From contig CAUYUJ010000249.1 of assembly GCA_963575745.1 (NCBI GenBank), positions 1-64,000 of the forward strand: 64,000 nucleotides of DNA. The letters run 5' to 3'. This document shows positions 11,061-23,534 of the stretch, piece after piece. The notes below the pieces were generated by a model that saw nothing but the letters and a program-made list of their open reading frames with translations, searched no databases and was not told the DNA's origin. A program made the position numbers and the translations under genes. This DNA is from Prorocentrum cordatum. Its lineage: Eukaryota. Each line of letters opens with the position of its first letter. Position 1 is the stretch's first letter.

Positions 11061-12904
11061 GGTGCTCTTCCGGCGGCCGGCTGGGGTGCTCCCATGGCAA
11101 AGATTCGTATGCGGGCTGAAGCTATTGGGAGAGGCTCGGCTCCACCCGGCGCGTCTGCCCACCTCTGCCGCGCCCCCGCTGTTCCGCCACTCTCTGATGT
11201 AGCTCAAATTCGTCAGCTTCCCGCGGACATGGCTGGATGGGAACTGATGATTTTGGCACAGACGTTCCGCATCTCACTTGGTGCGTTGTCCACGGGTGCT
11301 CGGGCCCACTTGGGGTTCTGAGGCGGCCCGCGGATCCCTCGCTGGGGCCTGCTCTGCACCGCGACTGGCCCGCGCGGCTGCCGTCGCGTTCCCGGCGCGC
11401 GAGCAGCTCCTCGCGGACTTCCAGCAACATGTTATTAATCATGGTGGCCCTCTCACGCTTGGCATGCTGCACTCTGGCGCGTTGTGCCCGAACTTCTGGC
11501 TTTCCGAGTCGTTCGTTCAGACCCTGCGCGGCGCGGCGCGGGGAGCGGCTTCGCCTCGCTCGATGGCGGCCGCCGCAGCTGTTCAATGGGGGCTTGTTTC
11601 TGCGACAGGTTGCCAGCCGCGGCCTCGGCGCGCAGCTCGCCGAGCTCTTCTGTCCCTTCGCCAGGCGGCTGCCCTCTGTCCACCTTGCTGGCGATGCGCT
11701 CTCAAAGTTGCTCCCGCGACATTCCGTGGCCATCGCGCCCACTGAACTGGAGTGCGATTGAAACCACACTACGTCGTTCCCCATGCTCAAGGGTGCGGGC
11801 CTGCGTACGTACTTGGGCCGATGGATGGTTGACCTCGGCGCGCATTGCGCATGTTGATGGGCTGCGCTGCTGCGCATTTGGAAGTGGCCCGCACCTGAAT
11901 ACTTTGCGGCGTTGCGCGAGGTGCCGCCCCATGCACGTTGCCTGACGTGCTGCTCTCGCGCGACATGTGCCTCTACGTGCTCTCCAGCGATGCCCCCCCC
12001 CCCTCCGTCTTTGCCAGCGTGCGAGTACTTGGCGGCCGCCTACTCGATGTACCGCGCTGCCAAGACGGTCCAGCACTGGCCTCTGCATGCAGCGGCTCGC
12101 CACTCGCGTGCGCTGGCTGGCGCGCGCTCGATGCAGATGGGGCGGCCCTCGCGCATCTCGCAGGGCAGGCGGAGCGGTTCGCTCGGCGGCCGCTGCGACG
12201 CTCGCCTCGTCCAGCTCATCATCAATTTACTCATCAGCGTCTCCGATGCCGTCGCCTCTGTTGACGCTTGTTGTTTCTTCATTGTCTCCCATGTGCTCTG
12301 AGCCATCGGCTTCGTCCAGCTCATCATCGGGTGCCTCTTCTGCGTCTCCGATGCCGTCGCCGCGACTCACGCCTGCAGTGTCTTCATCGTCGTCCGTGTG
12401 CTCTGAGCTTGTGGCGCCCGTGGTGTCCTCGCCTGCGTTGACGCCAGTGGTCTCGAGAAATGGTTTGCCAACCACTCCGCCGACCGCGATCGCGACACCT
12501 CCGAGTCCTCGGCCTGTGGAAGACGACCCATTGGGTGGTGAAGGGGCGAGCGGGCTGCCTCGCAATGATCTGATGTGTATTACCGAGCCTGTTCATGAGA
12601 CGTTGTATGTGCTGCATAGCAATGTGCTGGAGCGTGCGTCGTCCCAGCTTCCCTCTCTCTGTCCGTCCCTCTCGATGCCCTCTGCGGGTGGTTCCCCTCC
12701 CGTTCCCCAGCTTCTCTCGTGCTCGTGTTGACCGATTGCTGCTTCCGCGCGCGATGTCGGTGCCCCGTGCTGCGAGCGCCCCGCCGCGGGCCGCGGCCGA
12801 TATGCAGCCGTGCCACATGCTCTTCGGCGGGGTCGATCAAGGTCGGCTGTTGCCCTGTGGCTAGGCCTGAACGGATATTCCCCCCCATGCGCTCGTCACC
12901 TCTG

Positions 12905-12976
12905 TTCCTCTTCCTCCTCCAGCTCCTCCTTGTCCTCCTCCTCTTCCTCCTCCTCCTCCTCCTCCTCCTCCTCCTC

Positions 12977-13007
<31 letters not shown>

Positions 13008-13033
13008 GACTACTACTACTACTACTACTACTA

Positions 13034-13106
<73 letters not shown>

Positions 13107-13138
13107 TACTAACTACTACTACTACTACTACTACTACT

Positions 13139-13189
<51 letters not shown>

Positions 13190-13360
13190 CTACTCCTACT
13201 CCTACTCCTACTCCTACTCCTACTCCTACTCCTACTCCTACTCCTACTCCTACTCCTACTCCTACTCCTACTCCTACTCCTACTCCTACTCCTACTCCTA
13301 CTCCTACTCCTACTCCTACTCCTCCTCCTCCTCCTCCTCCTCCTCCTCCTCCTCCTCCTC
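12905..13360. repeat. Compound microsatellite (CCT)n-(CTA)n-(CTACTC)n-(CCT)n
   Basis: Direct reading. Abuts the LINE 3' end. Confidence 0.95.
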
Positions 13361-14052
13361 TGCGGATGCGGAGACAGCGGGGGCCCACGCCAAGAGGCAC
13401 CCAGCCCATCTACAGGGTGCCCGTTTTAGGGGTTTCGGGGATGTTGCGATATGGAGAGCGTGACGCCCCCGCCCCAAAAGCCCGTGGACGTCCTCGGGTT
13501 TCGGGGTTGGGCTGTTCGTGGAAGGTCTCTTGTGGACTGGCCTCCACCGCAAGGGGTGGAAGGGGGCAGCAGGCGCGCGGGGGGGGCCGTCGACAGCAGC
13601 CCGAGGGGCTCCGAAGGAGCTCGCCGCCGGCGCCGACGTGTCGTCAGCGCATCGCGCGTGGGCTGCGGCTCTTTGGACATCTCGGGTGTCTCCTGAGCGC
13701 CTCTTGGGGCCTTTTTGGGGACCGCTGGGGGATTTCTCGGGGCCTCTGTGGGGCCTCTCGGGGGGGCCTGTCTTGACGCGCTCGGGGGGGGGGGCCTGTT
13801 GTGACCCTCCTCGGGGGGGGATGGGGGCTAGAGGGGGAGGAGGGCGAGGACGAGGAGGACGAGGAGGACGAGGATGGCCAGGAGGAGGGACGAGAGAGGG
13901 AAGGAGGAGGGGGAAGGGGTGGGGCTGTTTTCGGCTCTTCATTGTTTCGGGTGTGTCTGTGTGTGTGTTTTTCTGGAGGCGCGTGCCATGAGGGGAGGGT
14001 TCGGCCCTGGGGCACCTGCAAACACCTTCCAGACAACATGCCAGCATTCCAA

Positions 14053-14068
14053 CGCACGCGCACGCGCA

Positions 14069-14117
<49 letters not shown>

Positions 14118-14218
14118 ACGCACACGCACACGCACACGCACACGCACACGCACACGCACACGCACACGCACACGCACACGCACACGCACACGCACACGCA
14201 CACACGCACACACACACA

Positions 14219-14311
<93 letters not shown>

Positions 14312-14442
14312 GCACGCACACCCACACCCACACGCACACACACACACACATTCCGTGCAGGCACGGTGGCGGATAGAGCGAGAGAGAGAGAGGGAGGAGA
14401 GGGAGAGGGAGACAGGGGGGGAGAGAGAGAGAGAGAGACAGG

Positions 14443-14497
<55 letters not shown>

Positions 14498-14530
14498 TGA
14501 GAGAGAGAGACAGAGAGAGAGAGAGAGAAG
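14053..14530. repeat. Compound microsatellite (CA)n/(CACACG)n/(CACG)n followed by (GA)n
   Basis: Direct reading. Confidence 0.95.
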
Positions 14531-15049
14531 GATGGGCAAGCTAGATACGCTCATGCCATTTCTGCTGTCCTACCCCTCCCCTCCCATCCTTTACCATTGC
14601 GTCCATTCTGCGTTGTCCGCCGACGGGTGTCATAGCAGACCTGGAATGCCCAAATGACCCTATTAGGTTAAGCGATGTGCAAGCAAGCATGAGGGAAAGT
14701 TGTGTAAGTTGCAGGAGGTGGAGGAGGAGGTGGCGGAAGAGCAGGAGGATGAACAGGACGACGATCAGGAAGACGAGGAGGATACGGCAGGAAGAGAAGG
14801 AGGAACAGCAGCAGCAGGGCAGCGGGAGGTGCAGGATTTCCAGGGGATTGCAGAAGGGAGCAGTTGTGGCGACAACGACGAGGAAGGATTTGGATCCAGA
14901 AATATGACCGCGCACCAGTACGAGAGCGCCAGTCTGGACAACGAAAGCAAAGCACCTATCCTGAAATGAAGCGAACAAGTAGCCGCAACCGGCAACGTTC
15001 CGCTCGGAAACCATGAATCGCCAACAGATGTTGAGATTGTGTGCGGTCG

Positions 15050-15245
15050 GAAATTGAAACATGTGCATTACCGGTCTGTTGTTCACTCCCAGGGAGGGTC
15101 GTGGACGACGTCGGGGTGGCGTGGTGTGTATATATATATAGATGTGTGTATATATATGTATTCTCTTCCGTTTCCCAGGGGCACAACGACAACGAAACAT
15201 GTATACACCATGATCCCGTATTCACCAGCATCCGATTTCGCCGTT
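15050..15245 (+). repeat. Dispersed repeat (CATTACC.GT...GACGACGTCGGGG..G.GTGGTGT...ATGTATACACCA...CCGTAT.CACCAG.ATCCG)
   Basis: Homologous to ~58925-59128 and ~59728-59928. Confidence 0.75.
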
Positions 15246-15644
15246 CGCACATGCCGTGGAGAGAGACAGGGATGAGCTCATGCTGCGTCAGTGCCAGGAC
15301 GGAGCTCTGAAAGGGTGAGCGACGGAGGGAGGGTTTCGGGAGGGGGCGCGAGAGGTGGGGGACAGCTAGGTTCGCTCGCGCCATATCTAGCGGCTTCCTA
15401 GATGGGATCGGAGTAGACGGGGTCGGAGGATCGCGTAGCATCGCCGATGCGTTGGCGGTACATCGGTGATGCATCGGCGATGCATTGTCGTCGTCGGGGC
15501 GATGCATCGGCGACGTCGACGTGACGCAAGACGGGATCCACACCGAGCCGCATCGTCGATGCGGAGCGATCCTTCGACCCCATCTCGTCGGACCCCATCT
15601 GGGAGTCCTGAAATATCTGACATCCTCCCTTCCCCACCCGTCCG

Positions 15645-15841
15645 CTCCCATGGTGCTGATTTGTTATGTTTCCGTGGGGTATCCTAGAGGACCTCGGTTC
15701 CGGAAATGGCCCATTGATCGTTTGAAGCGCAATCGGAAAGGCCCTCCTTCCGATTGCGCTTCAAACGATCAATGGGCCATTTTCAGAACCGAGGTCCTCT
15801 AGGATACCCCACGGAAACATAACAAATCAGCACAATGGGAG
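15645..15841. repeat. Near-perfect 197-bp palindrome (94-bp arms, 9-nt loop)
   Basis: Arm 15645-15738 pairs with 15748-15841. About 3 mismatches by eye. Confidence 0.95.
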
Positions 15842-16514
15842 GGGAAGGGTGAGCAGGAGGAAGGGCAATATGAGGAATATAATGGTGAGGAAGGAGGAGG
15901 AGGAGGACGACTAGTAGCAGCAGGAGCAGGAGGAGCAGGATGAGTAGGAGGATGAGTTGAAGGCGTAGGAATGGAAGGATGAGGGCGGCAACGACGCGGA
16001 AGGAATCATGTTCTGAAACGTTGGCAGCGCTTGGTTGAACACGTTGTGCTCTCCTGACTGACGGGAGAAAGCACCGATTCTTAAACGTGGCCAATACTGC
16101 AGCGCGGACACCATGTTGAAGGACCAGGAGCATCCCGATCGAAACAGAAATCATGAGCAAGACAACGCAACGGGTTCCGGCGCATCATAAATGTGCGGAC
16201 AAGAGGCGTCAGTAGTCAATCCTATCCGGTGCCAGGGGAGAGGGAGAAGTACAGTCAACCCGCAGAGTAAGGATTGGAAGCCTTCCCAAGGGTACCTTTG
16301 CATCCTCCCCCTTCAGGCCATCCTTGGCCGGCTGGCCGCGCCCCGCTCGCAAAGTGCCGACATGGCCGACCAAGGCCTATCCCTCTTCACCGTGCATGTT
16401 TATTATAAGGGTTGATTGTAGCATTCGTAATGTGCGATGGTAGACGCAACGGGAGGAAGCGGGAGCGGAGCAAAGGAGCGCGAGGCAAAGATCGCAAGCC
16501 CGCCCCGCCCATAG

Positions 16515-16607
16515 GAGGGCGATGCCGTCGACCTGGATTGGGAGAACTTGCCCGTGAAGACGAAAGTTGGCCTGATCAAGAATGACAAGAAGCGGCTGCA
16601 CAAGACC
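16515..16607 (+). CDS. Candidate exon of host gene (EGDAVDLDWENLPVKTKVGLIKNDKKRLHKT)
   Basis: AG acceptor at 16513-14, GC3-rich protein-like codons, possible GC donor at 16608. Confidence 0.45.
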
Positions 16608-16934
16608 GCGATCTCTCCTGAACGCGTGCGTTTTTTTTTCTCCGCGTTCCCCCCCCCTTCCCCGCTCCTCCTCCCATCCTCCTCATCCCTCTCCCTACCC
16701 CCCTTTCTCCCCCCCTCTCCCCTCCTTCCCCTTCTTTCCTCTTCGCTTCTGCTCTGCCTGTCCCCCCCTCCCCGTCCTTCGCTGCGTCCGAACACGCATG
16801 CCACACGAGTCAACCCGTTCCCGCGTATGCTTGGCCCATTCTCTCCATGCTCGGCCCGCTCCAGGGGTCCCCGCCGGCCCCACGGATGGACGCGTCGCGA
16901 ATAGCCCGTGAGATTTCCCACGTCAGACGGGAAG

Positions 16935-16967
16935 GAGTTCGAGGACGGCGATGAGGACGATGAGGAG
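16935..16967 (+). CDS. Candidate micro-exon (EFEDGDEDDEE)
   Basis: AG acceptor and AG|GA donor. Boundaries are ambiguous, with an alternative acceptor at 16925-26. Confidence 0.3.
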
Positions 16968-17811
16968 GACATGGGATCATGCCACCTGAACATTTCAGCG
17001 CGTTCTGCATGCCATTCGAGCTGTGCCTGGACAGGCACCGCTGGAGGGCTCTCGCACAGGTTCGGGCTGGGAGTTCCGAAGCACGTTGGCATTTGCCTCT
17101 CTCTCTCTCTCTCGTTTCCTTTGTTGCATGGCCGCTCATCGTGGTATCGCCACCCCATCGGCACTTGGAGCAAAACAGGACACGGTAGGGTCAAGCCGGG
17201 CGTGTCCATCTACGGGAGGACCGTACAAACATAGTCAAAGCGTAGTCTGGGGATGCCTCTCCTACCATGTTTGATTTCTGTGGAACACGTTCTGATGATG
17301 CTCTCCCCCTCCTACAAAGATCCGCCTGCAGGAGGACCATGGCCCGACCCGACGGTGGGCTCCTCTCCCCCCTTTTGTGCTCAGGGTGTCCGCGCGCCGC
17401 CGTGGCGCGGGCGCGGCGGCCTCTCTCTCTCTCTCGCGCCTCCCGCCGCCAGCGGTTGCCGAGCCGGGGAGGACGTGATTCCCAGAGACCCCCCCCCAGC
17501 CTCGCGCTGTGAAGAAATCTCGGCGGGAGGCGTTTCACGTGGCGGCCCCCCTTTTCCGCCCCCATCTCTGGTGAATTCAGGCTTCGCGCGGCCCGCTTAG
17601 CGTCGACCGGAGGAGGTGCGCTCTCGACCCGCGAATCAAAAAAGCGTTTTCACGTTGCGGAACAGAAGCACGACAAAAAGGGGGTTCCTGTCTTCGGCCT
17701 CCGGGGTCCCTCCCCGGGCCCCGGGGCCGTCAGACAGCGACTCGGGATGAGAGGCTGGTCCCGGCGAAGGGGTCCAGGCCTCCTGGGGGGTCCAGGCTGC
17801 AAGAACGACAC

Positions 17812-17974
17812 TCAGGAGGGAAAAAACACACACAGACACAATCAATCGTCGATTCCCCAGAAAATATGCGAACATGTGGGAAGTGGAGGGGAAGACAAAA
17901 ACCCAGAAACTATGGGGAAATATGGGGAATAGTTTTATTTGTGTGTATTTTTTGTGTGTCCCAGGGCCCCTTCA
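17812..17974 (+). mobile_element. Short dispersed element family C (CAGGAGGGAAAA.AACACACAGACACAAT.AATCGTCGATTCCC ... TTGTGTGTCCCAGGGCCCCTTCA)
   Basis: Copies at ~42094-42255, ~57455-57566 and ~60804-60966. Ends are weakly inverted. Confidence 0.75.
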
Positions 17975-18379
17975 AACACGACGTCGAGGGTCTGGGATGC
18001 TGAGTCGCTCGAAGAAAACATATCCAACCATACGCAGACCTAGGCGCCAACCCCAACCTACCGCGAGTGCGTTCCACCCTGCTCAGGTCCAGCCAAAAGG
18101 ACCGCCCACAGGCGTTAGAGAGGCTGCTCGACGAGCCTCCCCCCCGTGATCTGGATGATCTCTCCAGTCGCCCTCGCACCCCTCCGCTCCCAGCCCGCCC
18201 CCAATCTCCTCCGCCTCCTCCTCCTCCTCCTCCTCCTCCTCCTCCTCCTCCTCTTCCTCCCCCTGTGTTTGTTCTGTCCCTCCCGCTCCATCGCCTCGCC
18301 CTCCCCCCGCTCTCCCCCGTCCCCCCCCCATTCTCTCGATGTGCTGTACAGCGGGCGCCCGTGCCAAGAATCACCCTGC

Positions 18380-19000
18380 CTGCCTCCAGGGTGCCCTGGG
18401 CTTCTCTTGGATTTCGATGGTGTTTTGCTGTGGAAAGCGTGACGTTCCCACACCAAGAATCAATGGACTTCCTGTGGTCTCAGGGTTTGCGGGCTGACCT
18501 CCACTGTAGGCCTTGTGCCGCGCTTGCATGACTCCATTCTCTGTACCGCGTCCTGCATCTCCCCTTGCCCTTTGTTTCTCAGCTTCCTTATTACGTCGCC
18601 ACTCCGTAGCCTCAGAATTTGCAGACATCGCCCCCAAGTCGTTCCATTCATCCATCCTTGTTCTTATCCTCATCGAGTATCGAGAGGCTTGGCTCTTTGG
18701 GGCCATGTTTGCGCTTCCCAGTAGTGATCTTGGGACCTCCGGCACCTCTGGGGACCCCCCTGCCTACCCTCCCGCTTTTCGTCCGAATTCAGGGCACACC
18801 TGTTCATGTCATTTCTAAAGTTGACCAGCCGTTCCTCGTCCACGTTTGGATTATTCTGCTCCAGATTGACTTTGACGTTCGATCCCCTCGTGCTCGTGAT
18901 CTGCCTGTCTCCGGGCCATGCATTCAATGTCTTGTTAACTTGTTCACGGCTTGTGCGTTCCAATGTTTTTTCAGCTTGCGGCTGGTGCCTCAGGATCGCG
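18380..19000 (-). pseudogene. Possible decayed LINE RT N-terminal fragment
   Basis: Across frames on the minus strand: ALNS..K.G.AGGSPEVPEVPRSL, DEWND and GVMQARHKAY resemble pre-RT and RT domain 0-2 motifs. Heavily decayed. Confidence 0.35.
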
Positions 19001-20299
19001 ATGGCGTGCGCGGTGGTCATGGCGATGGTTGTGATTCTGCCATTGGTAGCTTGGCTTGTCATCGACCTAGCGTCAATGCTTTAGTCGGGCCGCTTGGCCC
19101 AAGTTGACGGTGCACGTCCCGCCCTCGCCCAGCAATGTTGAAACGTTGTTCTTCCGTGCAGAAGAAGGCTGCGTATATGACGCTTGTTGGAAGGAATTAC
19201 TCATACATGGGGGGCAACATGGAAGGCGACGAGGTACTCCATCCAGCTGCTTGCGGCAAGTCCTCCCCCCCCCCTTCGCCTGCCCTGGTCCCACGCTGAG
19301 AGCGCGCCGTATGAAACAGAAACCCGCTTATTCTCCATGTGATTACCGGGTGGACCTTGCAAGATCAGCGGCAGCCTTGTGCCTTGTCTATCGCATTTCA
19401 TGTCCTCCCCCCGTGCTGGGATCACGGGTTGCTCTTGGAAACGTTCCGTGCACTCTCGTGTTTCTTTCGCGATTGGTCCCGGCTGCCGGTCTTCAACACG
19501 CGACGGGTTGAGATGTTGAGCGCGCGGGCTCGTTCGCAGAGCTCGATCTTGATTTGGTATCGCTGTTGATTGCGGCCTGCGGCGTGCAGCCGAGGTGAGC
19601 ACTGTGGCCATCGGCGCCAGAGCCTAGCGTCGAACCCGCTCGTGCCTAGCCAAATCTGGGGGGGAGGAGGGAAGAGGGAAGGATGAGAGGGAGGATGAGA
19701 TGGAGGGGGGAAGCGGACGAGGAGGAGATGGAGGAGGAGCGGGAGGAGGTGAGAGAGGATGCGATGGAGGAGATATAGTTCGGGAAGTCGTGCGGGCCAT
19801 CATTGTTGCTGTTGGGTTTTCTCGGAGGCTCAGTGTTCTCAGGCCAGGTCGAGGGGGGAGGAGGAAGGGGCAGCAGGAGGGGAGTGGGATGGAGGAAGAG
19901 GCTTCGTCAGAGGACAACTGTCGACCCTCGCGGTCGCGGGTCAGCCATACCAAGTAATGCCACCCGCCACACACGAGATGTCTTTCAACCCGTCTATGTG
20001 GATTGGCAGCGCCTCCCTAAAAGAGATGGCCAGTCTTGTTCGTTGAGCTTCGGGGGTTCTTGTGGAGGTCTTCATGTTTTGTTGAAGCTGTGCCAAGGAG
20101 GGAGGAGGAGGCGGTGGAGGAAAGCAGGGAGGAGGGAGGAGGGAAGCGTTTCCAGCTTTGGTTTTAGGGGGTCGAGAGATTCTAGCGTTTTTTGAAAACG
20201 CGTTCTAGGGTTTCTAGAGGACGAAGGATGGGCTTGAAGCACCCTCTCCCCGCCCCCTCCCTCTCCTTCTCGTCTTCGCCCTTCTCGCGGCTTCTACCG

Positions 20300-20330
<31 letters not shown>

Positions 20331-20484
20331 CATCATCCCTCTACTCGCTCCTTCATTCAGTTCATTGCTTACGGCCGGTGCCGCCGACCCTGAAGGGGAA
20401 CGACGACAACGGCGGCCGCGGCGACGACGACGACGACGCTGACGTGGTTCAGAATCCTCATGGATACATCTTGGAGTCGATTCG

Positions 20485-21100
20485 AAGCGATCTCGGGGGC
20501 CTCTGGGGAACAGTTTAGGGGCCTCTTGGGAGCCTCTTGGGGGCCTCTTGGGAGCCTCTTTGAGGCCTCTCGGGGCTTCAAAGGGGCCTCTTGGGGGCCT
20601 CTTGGGGCCTCTTGGGGGTCTCTTTGGGGCCTTTTCGTTCCTCCTGGGAGCCTCTAGGGGCCGAGGGCTCGAAATGTCTGTTCTGGTCCCTCGTCTGGGC
20701 GCTCTCTCAGAGCCGTCTTGGGGGCCTTTTGGGCCATCTCGGAAGTGTTTTGCGCCGTCTTGGGGCCCTCTTGGGCCCTTTTGGCTCCCTCCTGGAGCCC
20801 TCTTGGGCCGTCTTGGGACGATATGGGGAGCCTCTTGGGCCGTCTTCGAGCGTCGGGAAGCGGAAGAAGTGAGAACGCCGAACTGTTTCAAAAACCATTG
20901 GGAAATCAATGTGTTCTCCTCTTGGGGCCCTCTTGGGAGTTCTCCTGGAGGCCTCTTGGGGCGTTTTGCATGGCTCTTGGGCCGTCTGGAGGCCGTCAAG
21001 GCGTCTTGGAACGATCGTTCGGCGATTCGGGGCCCTTCTGGACCGTCTTGGGGGCCTCTTGGGGCACTCTTGGCCTGTCTTGGCTTTTTTTCTGGCTCCA
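20485..21100 (+). repeat. ~600-bp dispersed repeat built of GGGGCCTCTTG/GGGCCGTCTTG 11-mers
   Basis: Shares unique spacers (GCTCGAAATGTCTGTTC, GTCGGGAAGCGGAAGA, GATCGTTCGGCGATTCGGGG) with ~36960-37603. Related blocks at ~13680-13790, 29740-30240, 46640-46850, 49620-50200 and 55005-55130, and inverted at 23180-23300. Confidence 0.85.
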
Positions 21101-21835
21101 GGATCCCCCTGGGGGGAGTCGCATCTGACCGGGGACCCCCCCGAGAAATGGCATTCTGACCCGGGACCCCTCCCCGGGACACCCCCCCGGGACCCTTCCC
21201 CCCCGGCGGGGAAGGGATCCAGGGAAGGGTCTTCTTTTCGAGTGCATTGCGACGCTTGTGCTTGTCGCTTTGGCTAGCACGCCTGAAGGGAAAGGCTCAG
21301 GGCAAGGGAGAGAGCGGCTGGCGCGTCCTTCTCGCGGCTTCTACCGCTCTCTCTCTCTCTCTCTATCTCTGTCTCTCTCCATCATCCCTCTGCTCGCTCC
21401 CTCATTTCTTTTATTCCCCATGCTCCTCATTTTAGACTCCTTCTGACCCCTGCCTTCTTCCCCTTCTCCCCCTGTTTTCAGCGTTCCGCTGCTAGGGTGG
21501 AGGCCGTTGATGGGAGCCTACGAGCATTCTTGATCCAACCTTGCTTGAGCCTGATGGGGAGTTCAAGGGTGGCGCTGCCCACCACTTGGCCGCCAGTCCT
21601 CCTCTTCCTCCCTCTCTCATTTCTCTCCTCCCTCATCCCCATCGCCTCCCTTCCTTCCCCTCCTCTATCTACTTTACCCTTCCCCCTCCCCAGCCACCAA
21701 CTCATTTCCAGACCCCCGACGTCGTGGCTGATTCGCAACGCGGAACCCCACATGTCTCGGTCTTTTCCCCGAGACCCGCTTCTCATCCCAGAGCCGCTCA
21801 GTGGACGGCCTCCTGGGGCCCGGCAAGGGCCCCAG

Positions 21836-21865
21836 GAGGCCGAGCAATACCAACAACTTGCTGTC
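21836..21865 (+). CDS. Candidate micro-exon (EAEQYQQLAV)
   Basis: CCCCAG acceptor and GTGCGT donor, phase 0/0. Confidence 0.35.
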
Positions 21866-22431
21866 GTGCGTTGGTGTTTCCTCTGCTTGACCTCAACTTC
21901 CTCGTTGAGCACGTGCTCCAGCACGCGCGTTCATGATGTTCCCGCTCTGAACGCGCTCCTTCCTTTTCTCACCGAGCGCGTTCCACTGCTCGCAATTGGC
22001 CTGCTCGCAAACGTCTGAAAAGAACACGATGTCGTGTACCGTAATTCCCCATGTCAGATCCAGGCCATGTGCGAGGAGGAGTGACCTCCCAGACATGTGA
22101 CGTCCCGATTGTTTCAGGACGGCCTCCCTGGAAGCCCCGACCCTTCCCCCTGGGACCGGCTCCTCGTCCCGAGGCGCTGCCTGACGGCCCCGAGGCCCGG
22201 CGAGGGCCGCCCAGGGCCGACCACGGCCAAAAATGGCCCGTCCTGAATTCCTTGAGACGCGGCCCCCGTCTGGGTCTGCGAGTCGTGGAGCGCGCGCTCG
22301 TCCCCGTCCTGAGGCGCTGCCCGACGGCCCCGAGGCTCGGCGAGGGCCTCCCGGGGCCGGACACGGCCACAAACCCTCCCGTCCTGGACGTCTCGAGGCG
22401 CGGTCCTGTCTTAGGGAAGCAAAAAGTAACA

Positions 22432-22591
22432 TAAGCATAACAACTCGGAGGTCCGCGCGGATTTCTCGGATCGGCGCTGGACCCCCTTCCCCTGGCGCGC
22501 GGAGCGCGCCAGGGGCGGCGCCGGAGGCGGCGCCGGGGGGCCCCAGCGCCGATCCGAGAAGTCCGCGCTGGCCTGCGAGTTTTTATGTTTA
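22432..22591 (+). mobile_element. T-shaped palindromic element (family T)
   Basis: Outer stem plus the arms CCTGGCGCGC-GGA-GCGCGCCAGG and GGCGGCGCC-GGA-GGCGGCGCC. Confidence 0.85.
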
Positions 22592-22593
22592 CA

Positions 22594-22950
22594 GTAGGTT
22601 CGTGTCGTGTCGACTGGCGGCGACCCCGCCAGCGGCGTTCAACTTTGAACGCCGCGGGCGACCCAGAATCGTTCGATGCGGAACGATTTGGACGTTTCGG
22701 AAGCGGCCGATCGTTCAAGGTGGAACGATCCCCGCGGTGTCAGAAACCAACGCCGAAGTCGGCACGACACGAACATGCCGTATGTCAGAGCGTGAATTAC
22801 CTACCTCGCTTTCGCTTCCAGGCAAAACCAAGTCATACCACGCGCCTCCTCGTCAAGAGGCCTGACCAGTACAGGCCGTAGTTTGGCATCGCTTGGTATC
22901 TCTTGGAAGCGAGGGTGGTCAAAAGCGAGGCAGGTGTGTTTGCCCCCCAG
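22594..22950 (+). repeat. Composite of two dispersed repeats
   Basis: ~22594-22765 matches ~61574-61745. ~22786-22950 matches ~56755-56920. Confidence 0.75.
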
Positions 22951-23534
22951 TGTGCCAATTTTGGTTCCCCTATGGTCTGGGTCTGCGAGTCGTGGGGCGC
23001 GCGCTCGTCGAGCGCTCGTCTGGCCGGCCGCCCGTGCCCCTGCCCGACCTCGGCCCCCGGCGTGGCCCCCCGCGGCAGCGGGGCTGCCCCCCCGGGGCGC
23101 GGCGGGGGCCCCCCCCCCCCGCGCGCGGCGGCAGAGCAGGCCGGCGCCCCACGGCGCGGAGGCCCGGGGCGGGCCCGTGCCCCAAGAGGGCCCCATGACG
23201 GCCCAAGTGGCCTCCAAGACGGCCCCAAGAGGCCTCCAACACACCCAAGATGGCCTCCAAGACGCCCAAGATGGCCTCCAAGACGGCCCCGAAGCGCCCC
23301 AAGCCTTCGGCCACGCCATGTCCCCTCCCCCTACGGGCGGATCTTGCTCCAGATGTCGTAAGAAAGGGAGGGGGGCCTCATCTCGGGGGGGGGTCTCTTC
23401 CGGGCCATCTCGGAGGGCCTGGGGGGGGGGTCTGGGGAGGACGACGTTTTGGAGGGTTCTCCCACGGGGGAGGTCTGAAATGGCTTGTCTTGGAGGGTCC
23501 AGACCCCCTCCCTTTTATTACGAAATCTGGGGTA

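Larger units (their letters stand above)
7181..12900 (+). mobile_element. Decayed, apparently full-length APE-type non-LTR retrotransposon (LINE), two ORFs
   Basis: ORF1-like region, then APE, RT and C-terminal Cys-rich motifs in order with many frameshifts and stops. Bounded by (CCT)n on both sides. The 3' end is approximate. Confidence 0.88.

Noticed and set aside
20155..20220. Telomere-like TTTAGGG
   Set aside because: Only one or two isolated degenerate units, with no array.
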